This document shows positions 28,141 through 38,058 of a stretch of 64,000 bases of DNA, one piece after another (positions within the stretch are counted from its first letter, which is position 1; every line of letters starts with the position of its first letter). Below the pieces are notes generated by a model. It had not been told where the DNA came from. It saw nothing but the letters and a program-made list of their open reading frames with translations, and searched no databases. Source of the DNA: Candidatus Methanosuratincola verstraetei (lineage in GTDB: Archaea > Thermoproteota > Methanomethylicia > Methanomethylicales > Methanomethylicaceae); assembly GCA_049570475.1 (NCBI GenBank), contig CP186953.1, positions 1 to 64,000 on the forward strand. Reading direction: 5' to 3'. The translations under genes were made by a program, and so were the position numbers.

Positions 28141-28794
28141 ATGCGCATCCTCATATTTGGGGCTGGCGGCATCGGCAGATACCTTATCAGGGAACTCAAC
28201 AACAAGGGGCACGAGATTGCAATAATCGACATGGACGAGGATGTTTGCAGGGAGCTCTCCGAGCAGTATGACGTCCTGGCGCTCAAGGGCGACGTCACCA
28301 ACATGGACGACCTCGCAGCCGCTGACATAGCCACCTTCGACCTCGTGATCTCAGTCATAAGCAAGGACGAGGCGAACATCCTAGCGTGCCTCATCGCGAA
28401 GGAGCTCGGCGTCAAGCGGACGATCGCAAGGATAGGCGACCCGAGGATGGCAAAGATAGCCGAGAAGCTCGGCATTACGGACACGCTCTGCCCGGAGCTC
28501 ACCGCCGCGGAGAAGGTGCTCAGGCTCATCAAGGAGGAGTTCCCGATAGAGGGGGCGATCCCGGTCGGGGTCAAAATCGTGGACCTGAAGGTAGCCAAGA
28601 ACTCGCTAGTCGCGGGCAGGAGGATCATCGACCTCCCGCTCATCACAGACTGGCTTATAATAAAGGTCAAGAAGAACGGAACAACGCTGCGCCCGGACCC
28701 CAACCACATTCTCGAGCCTGACCAGAGGGTGACGATGATCGTCAAGGAGGAGTCCCTGGATCGGATAAGGGCCTTCTTTGAGGAATCGGTCTAA
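28141..28794 (+). CDS. trkA: TrkA family RCK protein
   Basis: GAGGIG, DEANILAC, RCK-C domain. Confidence 0.9.
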   Translation: MRILIFGAGGIGRYLIRELNNKGHEIAIIDMDEDVCRELSEQYDVLALKGDVTNMDDLAAADIATFDLVISVISKDEANILACLIAKELGVKRTIARIGDPRMAKIAEKLGITDTLCPELTAAEKVLRLIKEEFPIEGAIPVGVKIVDLKVAKNSLVAGRRIIDLPLITDWLIIKVKKNGTTLRPDPNHILEPDQRVTMIVKEESLDRIRAFFEESV

Positions 28795-29519
28795 TTGGCC
28801 TGGGATCCTCCAGTTCCGCCATCCCTCGAACCGTTCTTGTAGAGCTCGACCCACTTCGGGCAGTCGTACTTCTTCTCGGGGCAAACCCTCTTCGATACGC
28901 AGAACGGGCCGGCTTTCTCGAAGATCGTTGGCGCGACCCCCTTCACCAAGGCGAGCATGTCCTCCGCCACCCTCCTTATCTCCCATTGGGCTGAGAGGCA
29001 GCACCTGAGTTCGAAGAAGTTGAGGAGCGATCTCGCATTCATAGTGACGACTATCTTCGTGGGCGAGGCTTGGGGGAGGATGTACCGGGCGTCCTCCGCC
29101 GGGATCCCCCTCTCCAGCAGGCCCCTGTAGACCTCCCTGCACCTCTCGAGGCAATCGGCGAACGCCCTGCCCGCCTCTGCATCTTTGGCTATGCTGTCCG
29201 GGACGACAAACTCGAGCTCGTCAAACTTGACATACCGCTGGCTCTGCTGGGAGTAGGACGCTATCCTGTGCCTGACCAGCTGGTGGCTGCATGCCCTCGA
29301 GATCCCGTCTATGACGAAGGTGAAGCTCGCATGTTCAAGCACGGATAGGTGCCCGCTCGAGATTATCTTCCTGAGGAGCCGCCTCATGTCCTCAGGCGAG
29401 AGGTCGGCAAAAGCCTTCGTTGCGCTGAACTTTGAGTAGCATTGCCTTGCAGCCGCGGCAGCAACGCGCTCGGGATCAGGGGTGTGTGCGAGCAGTGTGA
29501 CCTTCACATTCACGTTCAT
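28791..29519 (-). CDS. thyX: FAD-dependent thymidylate synthase
   Basis: HLSVLEH, SHQLVRHRIASYSQQSQRY, EDAR, AQWEIR. Confidence 0.97.
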   Translation of the reverse strand: MNVNVKVTLLAHTPDPERVAAAAARQCYSKFSATKAFADLSPEDMRRLLRKIISSGHLSVLEHASFTFVIDGISRACSHQLVRHRIASYSQQSQRYVKFDELEFVVPDSIAKDAEAGRAFADCLERCREVYRGLLERGIPAEDARYILPQASPTKIVVTMNARSLLNFFELRCCLSAQWEIRRVAEDMLALVKGVAPTIFEKAGPFCVSKRVCPEKKYDCPKWVELYKNGSRDGGTGGSQAN

Positions 29520-29686
29520 CGCCGCCCTATCTTCTGTTTGGGCGATCTTAAAACAGTTTTTTCCGCCTTCCGCCTTCCACAGGCAGGGCGAAGCGGGCTA
29601 TGGCGGGATCTCGATTGATGCTTCACGGACTAGGGCTCCATGAGGCATGGGCTTCATGGGGGCGCCCGCCTCGCAACCATCTCCAT

Positions 29687-30349
29687 CTATCCGCCCCTCT
29701 CCGAACCCCTCAGCCGGCTGATCCAAGTCCCAAAGAGGAATTTCAAATAAGCGATCAACCCGTGCGTCTGGGTGTACTCGACAGCCTCGATCCAGTTTAT
29801 CTTCAGTATGACCGCTGTGAGTGCCACGACCAGGGCTACCGAAACAAGAACCCCGTAGATCATGTTGCCATCGCCGAGGAAACCGATTATGATTTCGAAG
29901 GAGTAGTGACCAGCGAACGCTACCAGGAGCCCAAGGAAGAGCTTCCCAGCCAGCAGCATCGCGAAGAACCGCTTGAAGTCGTACCTGGCAATCCCGAAAG
30001 GTATCGCGATCACATCATCGGGCAGCGGGAAAGCTGAGAAGATGAATATTGCCAGGTCCCCATATTTCCCCAATGCCTTGGTGAAGCACTTGAGTTCCTC
30101 CTTCTTACTTTCCCCGAGGAAAGCAGCTCCTCCCCTCCCTACGGCGTAGGCTATGCACTTGCCGAATGTCGCGCCTGCCCCGACGGCTAGCCCGAGGGGC
30201 AGCGGGTCCAAGACCCCGGAGATGAGGAATATGGGTATCAGGAAAGGGACGGGGAGGAACGGTATTAGGTTCCCGAAGAAGGCTATCAGGAGCGCGCCTG
30301 CGTATCCATACCCCTGGAGGGATTGTATCAGGAGAGAGAACCAGTCCAA
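29687..30349 (-). CDS. DedA/VTT (SNARE-associated) membrane protein
   Basis: PFLPVP, YAVGR, PLPDD motifs. Confidence 0.8.
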   Translation of the reverse strand: MDWFSLLIQSLQGYGYAGALLIAFFGNLIPFLPVPFLIPIFLISGVLDPLPLGLAVGAGATFGKCIAYAVGRGGAAFLGESKKEELKCFTKALGKYGDLAIFIFSAFPLPDDVIAIPFGIARYDFKRFFAMLLAGKLFLGLLVAFAGHYSFEIIIGFLGDGNMIYGVLVSVALVVALTAVILKINWIEAVEYTQTHGLIAYLKFLFGTWISRLRGSERGG

Positions 30350-30388
30350 ATTGCCTCCTCATCCCCTTTTTTATCATCCATAGGGCTT

Positions 30389-31363
30389 TCATTGCCTCAG
30401 GTTAATTATGCCCCTCTTGGTCGCCCTCTTCTCGATAAGCATGGTCCCGTCTTTGACCTCCACTCCGTCGTCAACCTCGCATTTTAGGAGGGTGCACCCG
30501 CGACCTATCGCCGCACCGTCACCTATCTTCACAGGCCCATGGACCACCGTGCAGTCGCCGATGGTTACGCCAGATCCAACCTCGATCCCGTGCCCCTTTA
30601 GCGAATGGAAGACCACGCCGCTGCCTATCCTGGCGCCGTCGCCTATCACCAGGGGGAAGCCTTCATCGCCCCTGATCGAAGACCCGTCCCCTATCTCGGC
30701 GCGCCCTTTGAACTCGACGTGCCCTATTACCCTGGCCCTTCCACTGATGGCGATACGATCCGCCTTGGGGACCGCTGGGCGGTCAGACCAGCTTGTCTTT
30801 GGGGAGGGCGAGATCATCCCAGCCTTGCCATCCAGATCGCTGTAAATGTCGACATATCCGAGCGCGAGCTCTGCATTCACCTCGAGGACTTCCTCCTTGA
30901 AAGCGGTAAGCGCCTCGTCGACGCCCCCTGCCGGCCCAGTCCCGCCCGGCGGGACGTAGGATCCCTCCTCGAGGACCATCCCCTCTATCCTGGCGCCGTG
31001 CCCGATGAAGCACCCCTGCTTCACGACCGAATTCGCGACCCTGGCGTTGAACCCGACGAACGAAAAGTCGCCAATCTTGGATGCAATTACCTCAGCCCTG
31101 TGCGCCACGCTCACGAGCGAACCGATCTCGGCAGGCCCTTCGACCCTTGCCCCGTCCTGGAGGTTCGATCCTCCCCCTATCGAAACCTCGCCTTTCGTCT
31201 CAACGAAGGGTGCAACATAGATGAAGTCGCCGTCAAGCCTGGTGGCTCCGCTGAGCGAAGCGCAATGATCTACGAATGAATTTTTCCAGATCCGATTGCC
31301 TCTTTCTTCCCCTTCCCTTGCGTCTCCGTGGTCTCTACCAGCATCTACGGGCAAAAATACCAC
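30389..31363 (-). CDS. tandem left-handed beta-helix protein, gamma carbonic anhydrase-like (start uncertain)
   Basis: Hexapeptide repeats in two blocks; NLQDG, IRGDEG, VVFHSL, VVHGP. Confidence 0.8.
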   Translation of the reverse strand: MVFLPVDAGRDHGDAREGEERGNRIWKNSFVDHCASLSGATRLDGDFIYVAPFVETKGEVSIGGGSNLQDGARVEGPAEIGSLVSVAHRAEVIASKIGDFSFVGFNARVANSVVKQGCFIGHGARIEGMVLEEGSYVPPGGTGPAGGVDEALTAFKEEVLEVNAELALGYVDIYSDLDGKAGMISPSPKTSWSDRPAVPKADRIAISGRARVIGHVEFKGRAEIGDGSSIRGDEGFPLVIGDGARIGSGVVFHSLKGHGIEVGSGVTIGDCTVVHGPVKIGDGAAIGRGCTLLKCEVDDGVEVKDGTMLIEKRATKRGIINLRQ

Positions 31364-31637
31364 CGTTAAGAAGGTCTTGCGTGCAATATAATATCCTTAT
31401 CCTTCCAATTTCGCCTGCTCTGCCAGAATCTTTCTTTTTCCTCTTCCTTTTTTTGCCTTTGAAACAATTCGCCTGTCTTGCTTCCTTGCCAATCCGCCTA
31501 TATGGCGGCTTTCCTTTTTATCGCCTTGGCATTCTGGCACCTCTGCGTTGCTGCCTTTTCCAGCCACCACACGGCATTCCTTATATACTGAAGGAGGCGG
31601 TTCTATTCAACAACAGGAAAAAGATGTTTAGGCGGTT

Positions 31638-32354
31638 GTGCGCATGCCTGGGGCCGGTTCTTTGGAAGTCATGGTGGCGGAGGACCTTTGGAAGGTGTAC
31701 CGTCTCGGGCAGATCGACTACCCCGCGCTCCGAGGGGTCAGCTTCAGCGTCAAAAAGGGCGAGTACATCGCGATAGTTGGGCCGTCAGGCAGCGGAAAGT
31801 CGACCCTTTTGAACCTCATGGGCGCCCTCGACAGGCCCACGAAGGGGAAAATGATGATAGACGGCGTCGAGATCTCGAAGCTCAACGACAAGAAGCTCGC
31901 GGAGCTTAGGAACAGGAAGCTAGGATTCGTCTTCCAGACATTCAACCTCCTGTCTTACATGAGCGCGGCAGAGAATGTCGAGACGCCGCTCATCGCAGCC
32001 GGCGTCCCCCCAGAGGAGAGGCGGCGGCGATCCTATGCGCTACTAGAGATGGTCGGGCTGAAGGGCTTCGAGAGGAACCGCCCGTCGATGCTCAGCGGGG
32101 GGCAGCAGCAGAGGGTAGCCATCGCCAGGGCTCTTGCGAACGAGCCCCAGATAATCCTGGCAGACGAGCCCACCGGGAACCTCGACTCGAAGTCTAGCCA
32201 CGAGATAATCGAGATCCTGAGGAGGCTCAACGAGGAGAAGGGGGTTACGATTGTGATGGTCACGCACAACCTGGAGTTGACATCTTACTGTGACAAGACA
32301 TGGTTCTTCAGGGACGGCAAGATTGAGAGGGAGGAGGTCAGGAATGCAAAGTAA
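31638..32354 (+). CDS. ABC ATP-binding protein (LolD/MacB-type)
   Basis: [25 protein letters not shown]. Confidence 0.95.
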   Translation: MRMPGAGSLEVMVAEDLWKVYRLGQIDYPALRGVSFSVKKGEYIAIVGPSGSGKSTLLNLMGALDRPTKGKMMIDGVEISKLNDKKLAELRNRKLGFVFQTFNLLSYMSAAENVETPLIAAGVPPEERRRRSYALLEMVGLKGFERNRPSMLSGGQQQRVAIARALANEPQIILADEPTGNLDSKSSHEIIEILRRLNEEKGVTIVMVTHNLELTSYCDKTWFFRDGKIEREEVRNAK

Positions 32355-34137
32355 GCATAATAAATGTCTTAATCGACAATATTGCGGTGCAATCGCTGTG
32401 CCGCGTTTGAATGGGCTGAAGCCTGCTTTGGCAATCGCCCTGCTGGTTGCGATCATGATGCCGCTTTTGCCGCCTGCGGAGGGCGCAGTGAACATCACGC
32501 TCAGGTCGGACACGCAGGTGCTCGTCGCCGGGGCTGAGAACACGATAAGATTCACGGTGGCGAACACCGGCAACAACACCGCGAACGAGGTGGTGGCATC
32601 TGCATCCATTGGGACCTCGCTCACCGGAGGGAACCTGCTCATGATCGTCGGAGGGGACGGCAGGTACAACCTCTCGACAATAGGGCCTGGGGAGGAGTCC
32701 CAGTTCAACATGACAGTCTACGTCTCCCCCTCTGCAGTCGGGCAGATAATCCAGATCTCCTTCACGATCAGCTACAGGAACGAGAGCGCCGTCGCGACCA
32801 CATCCGTGACCAGATCCGTCGGCTTCAGCGTCTCCAACAGAGACCTGGGCTCGGCGACGCTGGTGCCGAGGATCGTGCCTGGCGAGATCAACCCAGGGCA
32901 GAACAACACGCTCACTTTGGCGATAGACAATGTCGGGAAGAGGGGAGCGACCAACATCTCCGTCTCTTTGGGGTACCCTGGCAGCAGCGCAGGGGCCTCG
33001 CAGGCAGGCACATCCTCAATACTGACCGCGCTCACAACCACCCCTACGGGGACCGTCCAAGGATCCTCCCAGTTCATCATATACGACAGTTCGGGGAGGT
33101 GGATAATCGACTCGATAGACGCGAACGGGACTGTTGAAATTCCAGTCACGCTGTATGCGCTCCCTTCGACTGCAGGATCTGTCTTCCTCTTCCCCGTCCA
33201 GCTCTCCTACACTGACGGCTTTACATACGTGCAGGAGACTAGGTACGCCGGGACAAGGGCACTCCCTGCCCCGTCTGAGGCGACGAGCTTCAGCATCCAG
33301 CTCAGCACGCAGGAGCTGGTGGCAGGCAGGGTGAATTCGCTGGAGATGAGGGTGAAGAATGTGGGCGCTGGGCAGGCGAGCGGGGTCGTCTTGGGCATCG
33401 GGCTCTCGCAGACCACATCCGGGTCGATCTCAATCCCGTCGTCGTCTTCTTCGCTCGCGCTCATCGGCAGCGATGGCACATGGGTGCTCGGGAGCATGGC
33501 TCCGGGCGAGGAGAAAGCAGTCAATTTGAATGTTTACGTCCCGGCCTCGGCATCGGGATCAATCACATCGCTCTCCACTTCACTCTACTACACTGACTCT
33601 CTCTCAAGGTCCAGGCAGGAGACTAAGCAGCTCGGGATCCTGGTCAAGGGGGAGGTGAGCCTCGTGGTCCTCGAGACCTCAACGTTCCCGCAGAACATCA
33701 CACTGGGCAAGCCATTCTCGGTCTCGGTCACGATGATAAACATCGGATCTGCGCCAGCCAAGAGCGCCATCCTCTCGCCATCTGGGAACGGCGGACTCAG
33801 GCCCACCTCGAGCGACAGGATATTCATAGGCGACATTGCGGTTGACGTTCCCTCCTCGTTCACCCTGAGCATGGTGGGCGAGAACATCACATCCGGGGCT
33901 TACACGCTGAACCTCTCGTACACCTACAAGGACAGCCTCGGCCAGATCCAAACATCCTCCCTCCTGGTGCCCCTGAACCTGAAGGTGGCTGAGGCAAACA
34001 ACGGTTCGCAGCAGCCGTCCCAGCCCGCGTATTCCGCCTTCCTTGGCACTTATTGGCCGTATCTCGTCGCAGTGGCTGTTGCGATCGCGGCCGCTGCCAT
34101 ATACATGAAGCGGAGGAAGCGTGGTAGCGCCCAATGA
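32344..34137 (+). CDS. COG1361 S-layer-like Ig-fold membrane-anchored protein
   Basis: Signal peptide, repeated V.N.G...A Ig motifs, S/T-rich, C-terminal TM helix plus KRRKR. Confidence 0.82.
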   Translation: MQSKHNKCLNRQYCGAIAVPRLNGLKPALAIALLVAIMMPLLPPAEGAVNITLRSDTQVLVAGAENTIRFTVANTGNNTANEVVASASIGTSLTGGNLLMIVGGDGRYNLSTIGPGEESQFNMTVYVSPSAVGQIIQISFTISYRNESAVATTSVTRSVGFSVSNRDLGSATLVPRIVPGEINPGQNNTLTLAIDNVGKRGATNISVSLGYPGSSAGASQAGTSSILTALTTTPTGTVQGSSQFIIYDSSGRWIIDSIDANGTVEIPVTLYALPSTAGSVFLFPVQLSYTDGFTYVQETRYAGTRALPAPSEATSFSIQLSTQELVAGRVNSLEMRVKNVGAGQASGVVLGIGLSQTTSGSISIPSSSSSLALIGSDGTWVLGSMAPGEEKAVNLNVYVPASASGSITSLSTSLYYTDSLSRSRQETKQLGILVKGEVSLVVLETSTFPQNITLGKPFSVSVTMINIGSAPAKSAILSPSGNGGLRPTSSDRIFIGDIAVDVPSSFTLSMVGENITSGAYTLNLSYTYKDSLGQIQTSSLLVPLNLKVAEANNGSQQPSQPAYSAFLGTYWPYLVAVAVAIAAAAIYMKRRKRGSAQ

Positions 34138-35351
34138 AATCCTCCGACATCCTCAAATGGGGTCTGCGCGGCATAAGGCAGCGCAAGCTCAGGGCAGCGC
34201 TCACGATACTGGGGATAATGGTGGGCACTGCGGCAGTGATCGCGCTAGTCTCCCAGACCGAGGGGATACAGTCCAGCATCATCGACCAGGTGAACAAGCT
34301 CGGGCCTAACACGATCAGCATCAGGCCAGCGTCGGGCGCGGTGGTCTTGACGCAGACCGACGTCAACAAGATCCTGCAGATACCCGGGGTCGAGTACGTC
34401 GTGCCGGTGGTGACTGCTCCGGTGAGGGTCTACGGCGGGGGCACGTCGCGCCTCTTCACGCTCGTTGGCGTCGACAGCGCAGAGTTCGAGATACTGATAA
34501 GCGACGTGAAGTACGCTGAGGGGAGGCTTTACCAGCCTCTGAGCTACTCCGAGGTCACGGTCGGGTCCTCCGTGAGGCAGCCCCAAGACCTCACATACCC
34601 GATGGTCGCGGTGGGGCAGTCCGCAACCGTTGAGATCGGGCTTGTGAACCCGGTGAGGAAGACCGTCCAGGTTGTCGGCGTCCTAGAGCCCTACGGCACG
34701 TCCGCTCTAGTCTCGGTTGACGACAGCCTCTTCATGTCGCTGAAGGGCGCGATGGCGCTCACGGGTCGGAGCAGCTACAACGCCCTCTTCGTCAAGACCG
34801 TGGACGTGGACTCTGTCGATTACGTCGTCGAGAATGTCAAGGCGATCTACGGGACCAGGCTCAGCATACTCACCGTCAAGCAGATCACGCAGATCGTGTC
34901 AACGATCACGGGTCAGCTCACAGTCCTGCTCGGGGCGATCGCTGCGATCTCCCTGTTCGTGGCAGGGCTTGGGATAATGAACATAATGTTCGTATCCGTG
35001 ATAGAGCGGACGCGCGAGATAGGGGTGCTCAAGGCGCTGGGCTTCACCAACAACGACGTGCTCCTCATATTCCTGTCCGAAGCGACCGTGATGGGAGTGA
35101 TCGGAGGCGTCCTCGGGATATTGGTAGGATCCGGCATATCTTACGTGATACCCATCCTCCTTTCCGCGGGAATCAGCAGGACAGCAGGGTCTTTCGGATC
35201 CGCTCAGTCATTCTCTTACACCCCGATAATAAGGCCGGATATAGCAGCCCTTGTGCTCTTGTTCGCAATAGCGGTCGCGCTGCTCGCCGGGTTCTACCCT
35301 GCCAGGCGCGCGTCGAAGATGGACCCCGTAGTCGCCCTCAGGCACGACTGA
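34134..35351 (+). CDS. ABC permease (MacB/FtsX family)
   Basis: RAALTILGI, SVIERTREIGVLKALG, PARRASKMDPVVALR. Confidence 0.93.
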   Translation: MKSSDILKWGLRGIRQRKLRAALTILGIMVGTAAVIALVSQTEGIQSSIIDQVNKLGPNTISIRPASGAVVLTQTDVNKILQIPGVEYVVPVVTAPVRVYGGGTSRLFTLVGVDSAEFEILISDVKYAEGRLYQPLSYSEVTVGSSVRQPQDLTYPMVAVGQSATVEIGLVNPVRKTVQVVGVLEPYGTSALVSVDDSLFMSLKGAMALTGRSSYNALFVKTVDVDSVDYVVENVKAIYGTRLSILTVKQITQIVSTITGQLTVLLGAIAAISLFVAGLGIMNIMFVSVIERTREIGVLKALGFTNNDVLLIFLSEATVMGVIGGVLGILVGSGISYVIPILLSAGISRTAGSFGSAQSFSYTPIIRPDIAALVLLFAIAVALLAGFYPARRASKMDPVVALRHD

Positions 35352-35442
35352 TTGGCGGATGGCAGCGCAACTGGAAGTGGAGAGTGCAAGCAGCCCCCCT
35401 CAGAATGTTTAAATATTTGGCGAATTTTTTTCTAAAATCACC

Positions 35443-35501
35443 GGTGATGGTGTCCACCAAGGCATAGCCTGAACTGCCTCATTGAGGCTGATGACGCCTG
35501 C
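35443..35501 (+). ncRNA. fluoride (crcB) riboswitch
   Basis: GGTGATGGTGTCCACC...AACTGCC...GGCTGATGACGCCTGC fits the consensus; TATA (TTTAAATA) ~35408; 5' UTR position. Confidence 0.9.
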
Positions 35502-35524
35502 AGCAATGTTGCAGAGGCATAAAT

Positions 35525-36631
35525 ATGGTGGATCTCTACTCGGCGGCTTTGGTTTCGACATCAATAGCGCTTGCAGCAATATTGAGCATCAGGTTTCGCA
35601 TCTCCTCAGCAATCTTTGAGGTAACAGCTGGGATTATCCTCAGCAATTTTCTGGGCGTCCAGATTGAAAGCTGGCTAGACTTCCTTGGGACATTCGGGGG
35701 GCTCATGTTGACATTCCTCGCAGGGGCTGAAATCGAGACGAGGCTGATGAAAAAGAATCTGAAGCCAAGCCTTGTCATAGGCACCATGTCTTTCTTAGCG
35801 CCTTTGCTGGGCGTTGTGTTTTTCCTGACGATATTCACTGATTGGCCGCTAATAACCAAAGTAGCTGCCAGTTTGGCGCTTACAACGACTTCAGTGGCTG
35901 TGGTCTATGCAGTCTTGACCGAATACGATTTGCTGAAATTGCAGATAGGGTCTGTAATAATCGCAGTCACTTTTGTAAACGACATAATGACGCTTATTGG
36001 AATCAACATCTTGAGCCCCTCCTTCAATCTCTATACCCTGTTGTTCTTCGCAATAATTCTGTCAATGATATTAATCATCCCGAGGATGCTGAAATACGTC
36101 TTTATCAAATATGGGCGAAGATCTGTCGAAATAGAATTGAGGCTAATCTTGGCGTTAATCCTGGGCGTTGCGCTAATTGCCGATGTGGGCAAGCTGCATG
36201 CCGTTTTCGGCGTCTTTTTGCTTGGGTTTCTCTTTGCAAACAGCATTCAAAAATACGATGAGATAAGGTCCAAGATGAGGACAATCACATTCGCCTTGCT
36301 GTCGCCTGCATTTTTCATAAAGGCAGGCCTGTTGATAAGCCTGCCAACGGTTGCAAACAACATCGCCCTGGTTTTGGGAATTTTAGCCGCGAAGCTCTTG
36401 TCAAAGTTCGCTGGGACTTACCTGCTTTGCAAGAAGTGGATCCCAGAAGGCGCGGCATTTTCGACTCTCATGTTCTCCACAGGATTGACGGTCGGGATAA
36501 TAACCGCCACGCTAGGGTTCGAGCTTGGCCTGCTGGACCGGACTCAATTTTCGATAATCGTAATTTCGGTAATCCTGAGCGCGATTGTGCCAACAATTAT
36601 CGCAAAGAAGTATATCCCTAAAAAAATATGA
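35525..36631 (+). CDS. cation:proton antiporter (CPA2-like)
   Basis: TFLAGAE, TTTSVAVV, FVND; multi-TM. Confidence 0.9.
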   Translation: MVDLYSAALVSTSIALAAILSIRFRISSAIFEVTAGIILSNFLGVQIESWLDFLGTFGGLMLTFLAGAEIETRLMKKNLKPSLVIGTMSFLAPLLGVVFFLTIFTDWPLITKVAASLALTTTSVAVVYAVLTEYDLLKLQIGSVIIAVTFVNDIMTLIGINILSPSFNLYTLLFFAIILSMILIIPRMLKYVFIKYGRRSVEIELRLILALILGVALIADVGKLHAVFGVFLLGFLFANSIQKYDEIRSKMRTITFALLSPAFFIKAGLLISLPTVANNIALVLGILAAKLLSKFAGTYLLCKKWIPEGAAFSTLMFSTGLTVGIITATLGFELGLLDRTQFSIIVISVILSAIVPTIIAKKYIPKKI

Positions 36632-36722
36632 GGTGGCATGAAATGCCCGACTGCCGCTTCCGTATTGCGATGCATCCAAAGAAGTTAAATCAGGGGCAGC
36701 CAAATTATCGTATTGAAGGTCG

Positions 36723-37163
36723 ATGAAAATGGGCTCTAAGGCAAACCGAATAATCGTTGCGATCGATGCATCCCCTATTTCAGAAACTGTGATGAGGGAA
36801 GCAGCCGAGATAGCCCGCTCACTGTCATCCGACGTATATGTTATAAGTGTCATACCTGTGCCTTCCTTGGTCATGTCCGAGAGCGATGTCGACAGCAAAG
36901 AGATCCGTGCTCAAGGCGATTCATATGCGGTTCTGCACAATTCGTTGATTACGAAGTACTTCTCGGATACCAAACTCCTGGTCGAATCAAAAGTTTTGCA
37001 CGGCGATCCGGTTAAAAAGATATGCGAATTCGCCGAATCCATGAATGCCCGCCTAATAGTGCTTGGAAGCCGGGGCATGGGACACTTGCAGGCCTTCCTT
37101 TTGGGGAGCACCTCAGAAGGGGTGCTGAGAAACGCCAAGACTTCCGTAATGGTAGTCAAGTGA
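36723..37163 (+). CDS. universal stress protein
   Basis: IIVAID, GDP, IVLGSRG...LLGSTSE. Confidence 0.93.
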   Translation: MKMGSKANRIIVAIDASPISETVMREAAEIARSLSSDVYVISVIPVPSLVMSESDVDSKEIRAQGDSYAVLHNSLITKYFSDTKLLVESKVLHGDPVKKICEFAESMNARLIVLGSRGMGHLQAFLLGSTSEGVLRNAKTSVMVVK

Positions 37164-37246
37164 TGTGGACGTCAAAGGCAGATGATTGCCATAATTGTTT
37201 CCAGCCAAATCTTAGGCCTTTGTAGGAATCTGCTTGAATGAAGAGA

Positions 37247-37282
37247 CTTCAATCCTTGTTTTAATGGAATTTTCACTTAGAC
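37247..37282 (-). CRISPR. solitary CRISPR-type repeat (no array)
   Basis: GTCTAAGTGAAAATTCCATTAAAACAAGGATTGAAG, 36 nt, with an ATTGAA(A/G)-type 3' handle like archaeal type I/III repeats; single copy. Confidence 0.7.
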
Positions 37283-37285
37283 TTT

Positions 37286-37984
37286 ATGACAAAGTATATA
37301 GCAAACGCCTATGACTGCTGGGACAAATTCATGCACAACGATGCGCTCGAGCATCTGAAGAAGAGCGCCGATTGCCTGAAACAAAGCTTCAGCAAAACTG
37401 ATCTCTACAAAATGCTATGCAGGAATAGAGGCTTCCTGGAGAGGCTTAGGAACAGCGGCGAGTGTGAGAAATACGTGTACCTGATAGCCGATTTGCTGAA
37501 TAATGCTGAACGGAGAGGTGAAGAGAGCAAGTTCGACGATGCTGTTGCAAGGCTTTACCGCGCAATTGAGATGCTTGCTGAATACAAGCTGAGAAAACTG
37601 GGGATAATGCTGGATAAGATCGATGAATGCAACCTTCCAGTGCAGATCAGGGACAAATGGAAGGACAAGATAAAGGAAGGCAGGATGGAGATAGCTCTTA
37701 AAGAGAAATATGCGCTTCTTAAGGATCTAAGAGACCCATTGGGCGAAAAATATGAGGACCGACAGCTTAAAGATCTCCTCAAGAAGCGCAACTATTCGAT
37801 ACTCGCCCACGGGCACGAGCATGTTGTACAAGATGATTATCAAAAACTGCTAGAAAAGGTCAAAATGATTGCAAGAGATGAAATCTCTATTCTTGAGCAG
37901 CTTCAAGAAGACGCAAAATTCCCTTCATTGAAAGACGATGATCTGCTCACGATAATTGGCATCAGGTGCCCCAAGCAATCTTAG
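37286..37984 (+). CDS. HEPN-containing C-terminal part of a TIGR02710-like CRISPR-associated protein, CARF missing
   Basis: ADLLNNAERR...DDAVARLYRAIE and RNYSILAHG HEPN motif; in-frame stop at 37262 prevents N-terminal extension; lower GC. Confidence 0.78.
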   Translation: MTKYIANAYDCWDKFMHNDALEHLKKSADCLKQSFSKTDLYKMLCRNRGFLERLRNSGECEKYVYLIADLLNNAERRGEESKFDDAVARLYRAIEMLAEYKLRKLGIMLDKIDECNLPVQIRDKWKDKIKEGRMEIALKEKYALLKDLRDPLGEKYEDRQLKDLLKKRNYSILAHGHEHVVQDDYQKLLEKVKMIARDEISILEQLQEDAKFPSLKDDDLLTIIGIRCPKQS

Positions 37985-38058
37985 GACGCAACATCGGCTT
38001 TTTTTAATCTCTTGCCCTTCTTGGATCAGCAAAAAATGGCAAATGGAAAAAATTTAGT

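Noticed and set aside
36638-36726. Tiny ORFs MKCPTAAS... and MPDCRFRI... between antiporter and USP
   Set aside because: At best a frameshifted CPxC remnant; too short to support
37160-37205. Box C/D sRNA candidate after the USP gene
   Set aside because: Degenerate C boxes and no terminal CTGA
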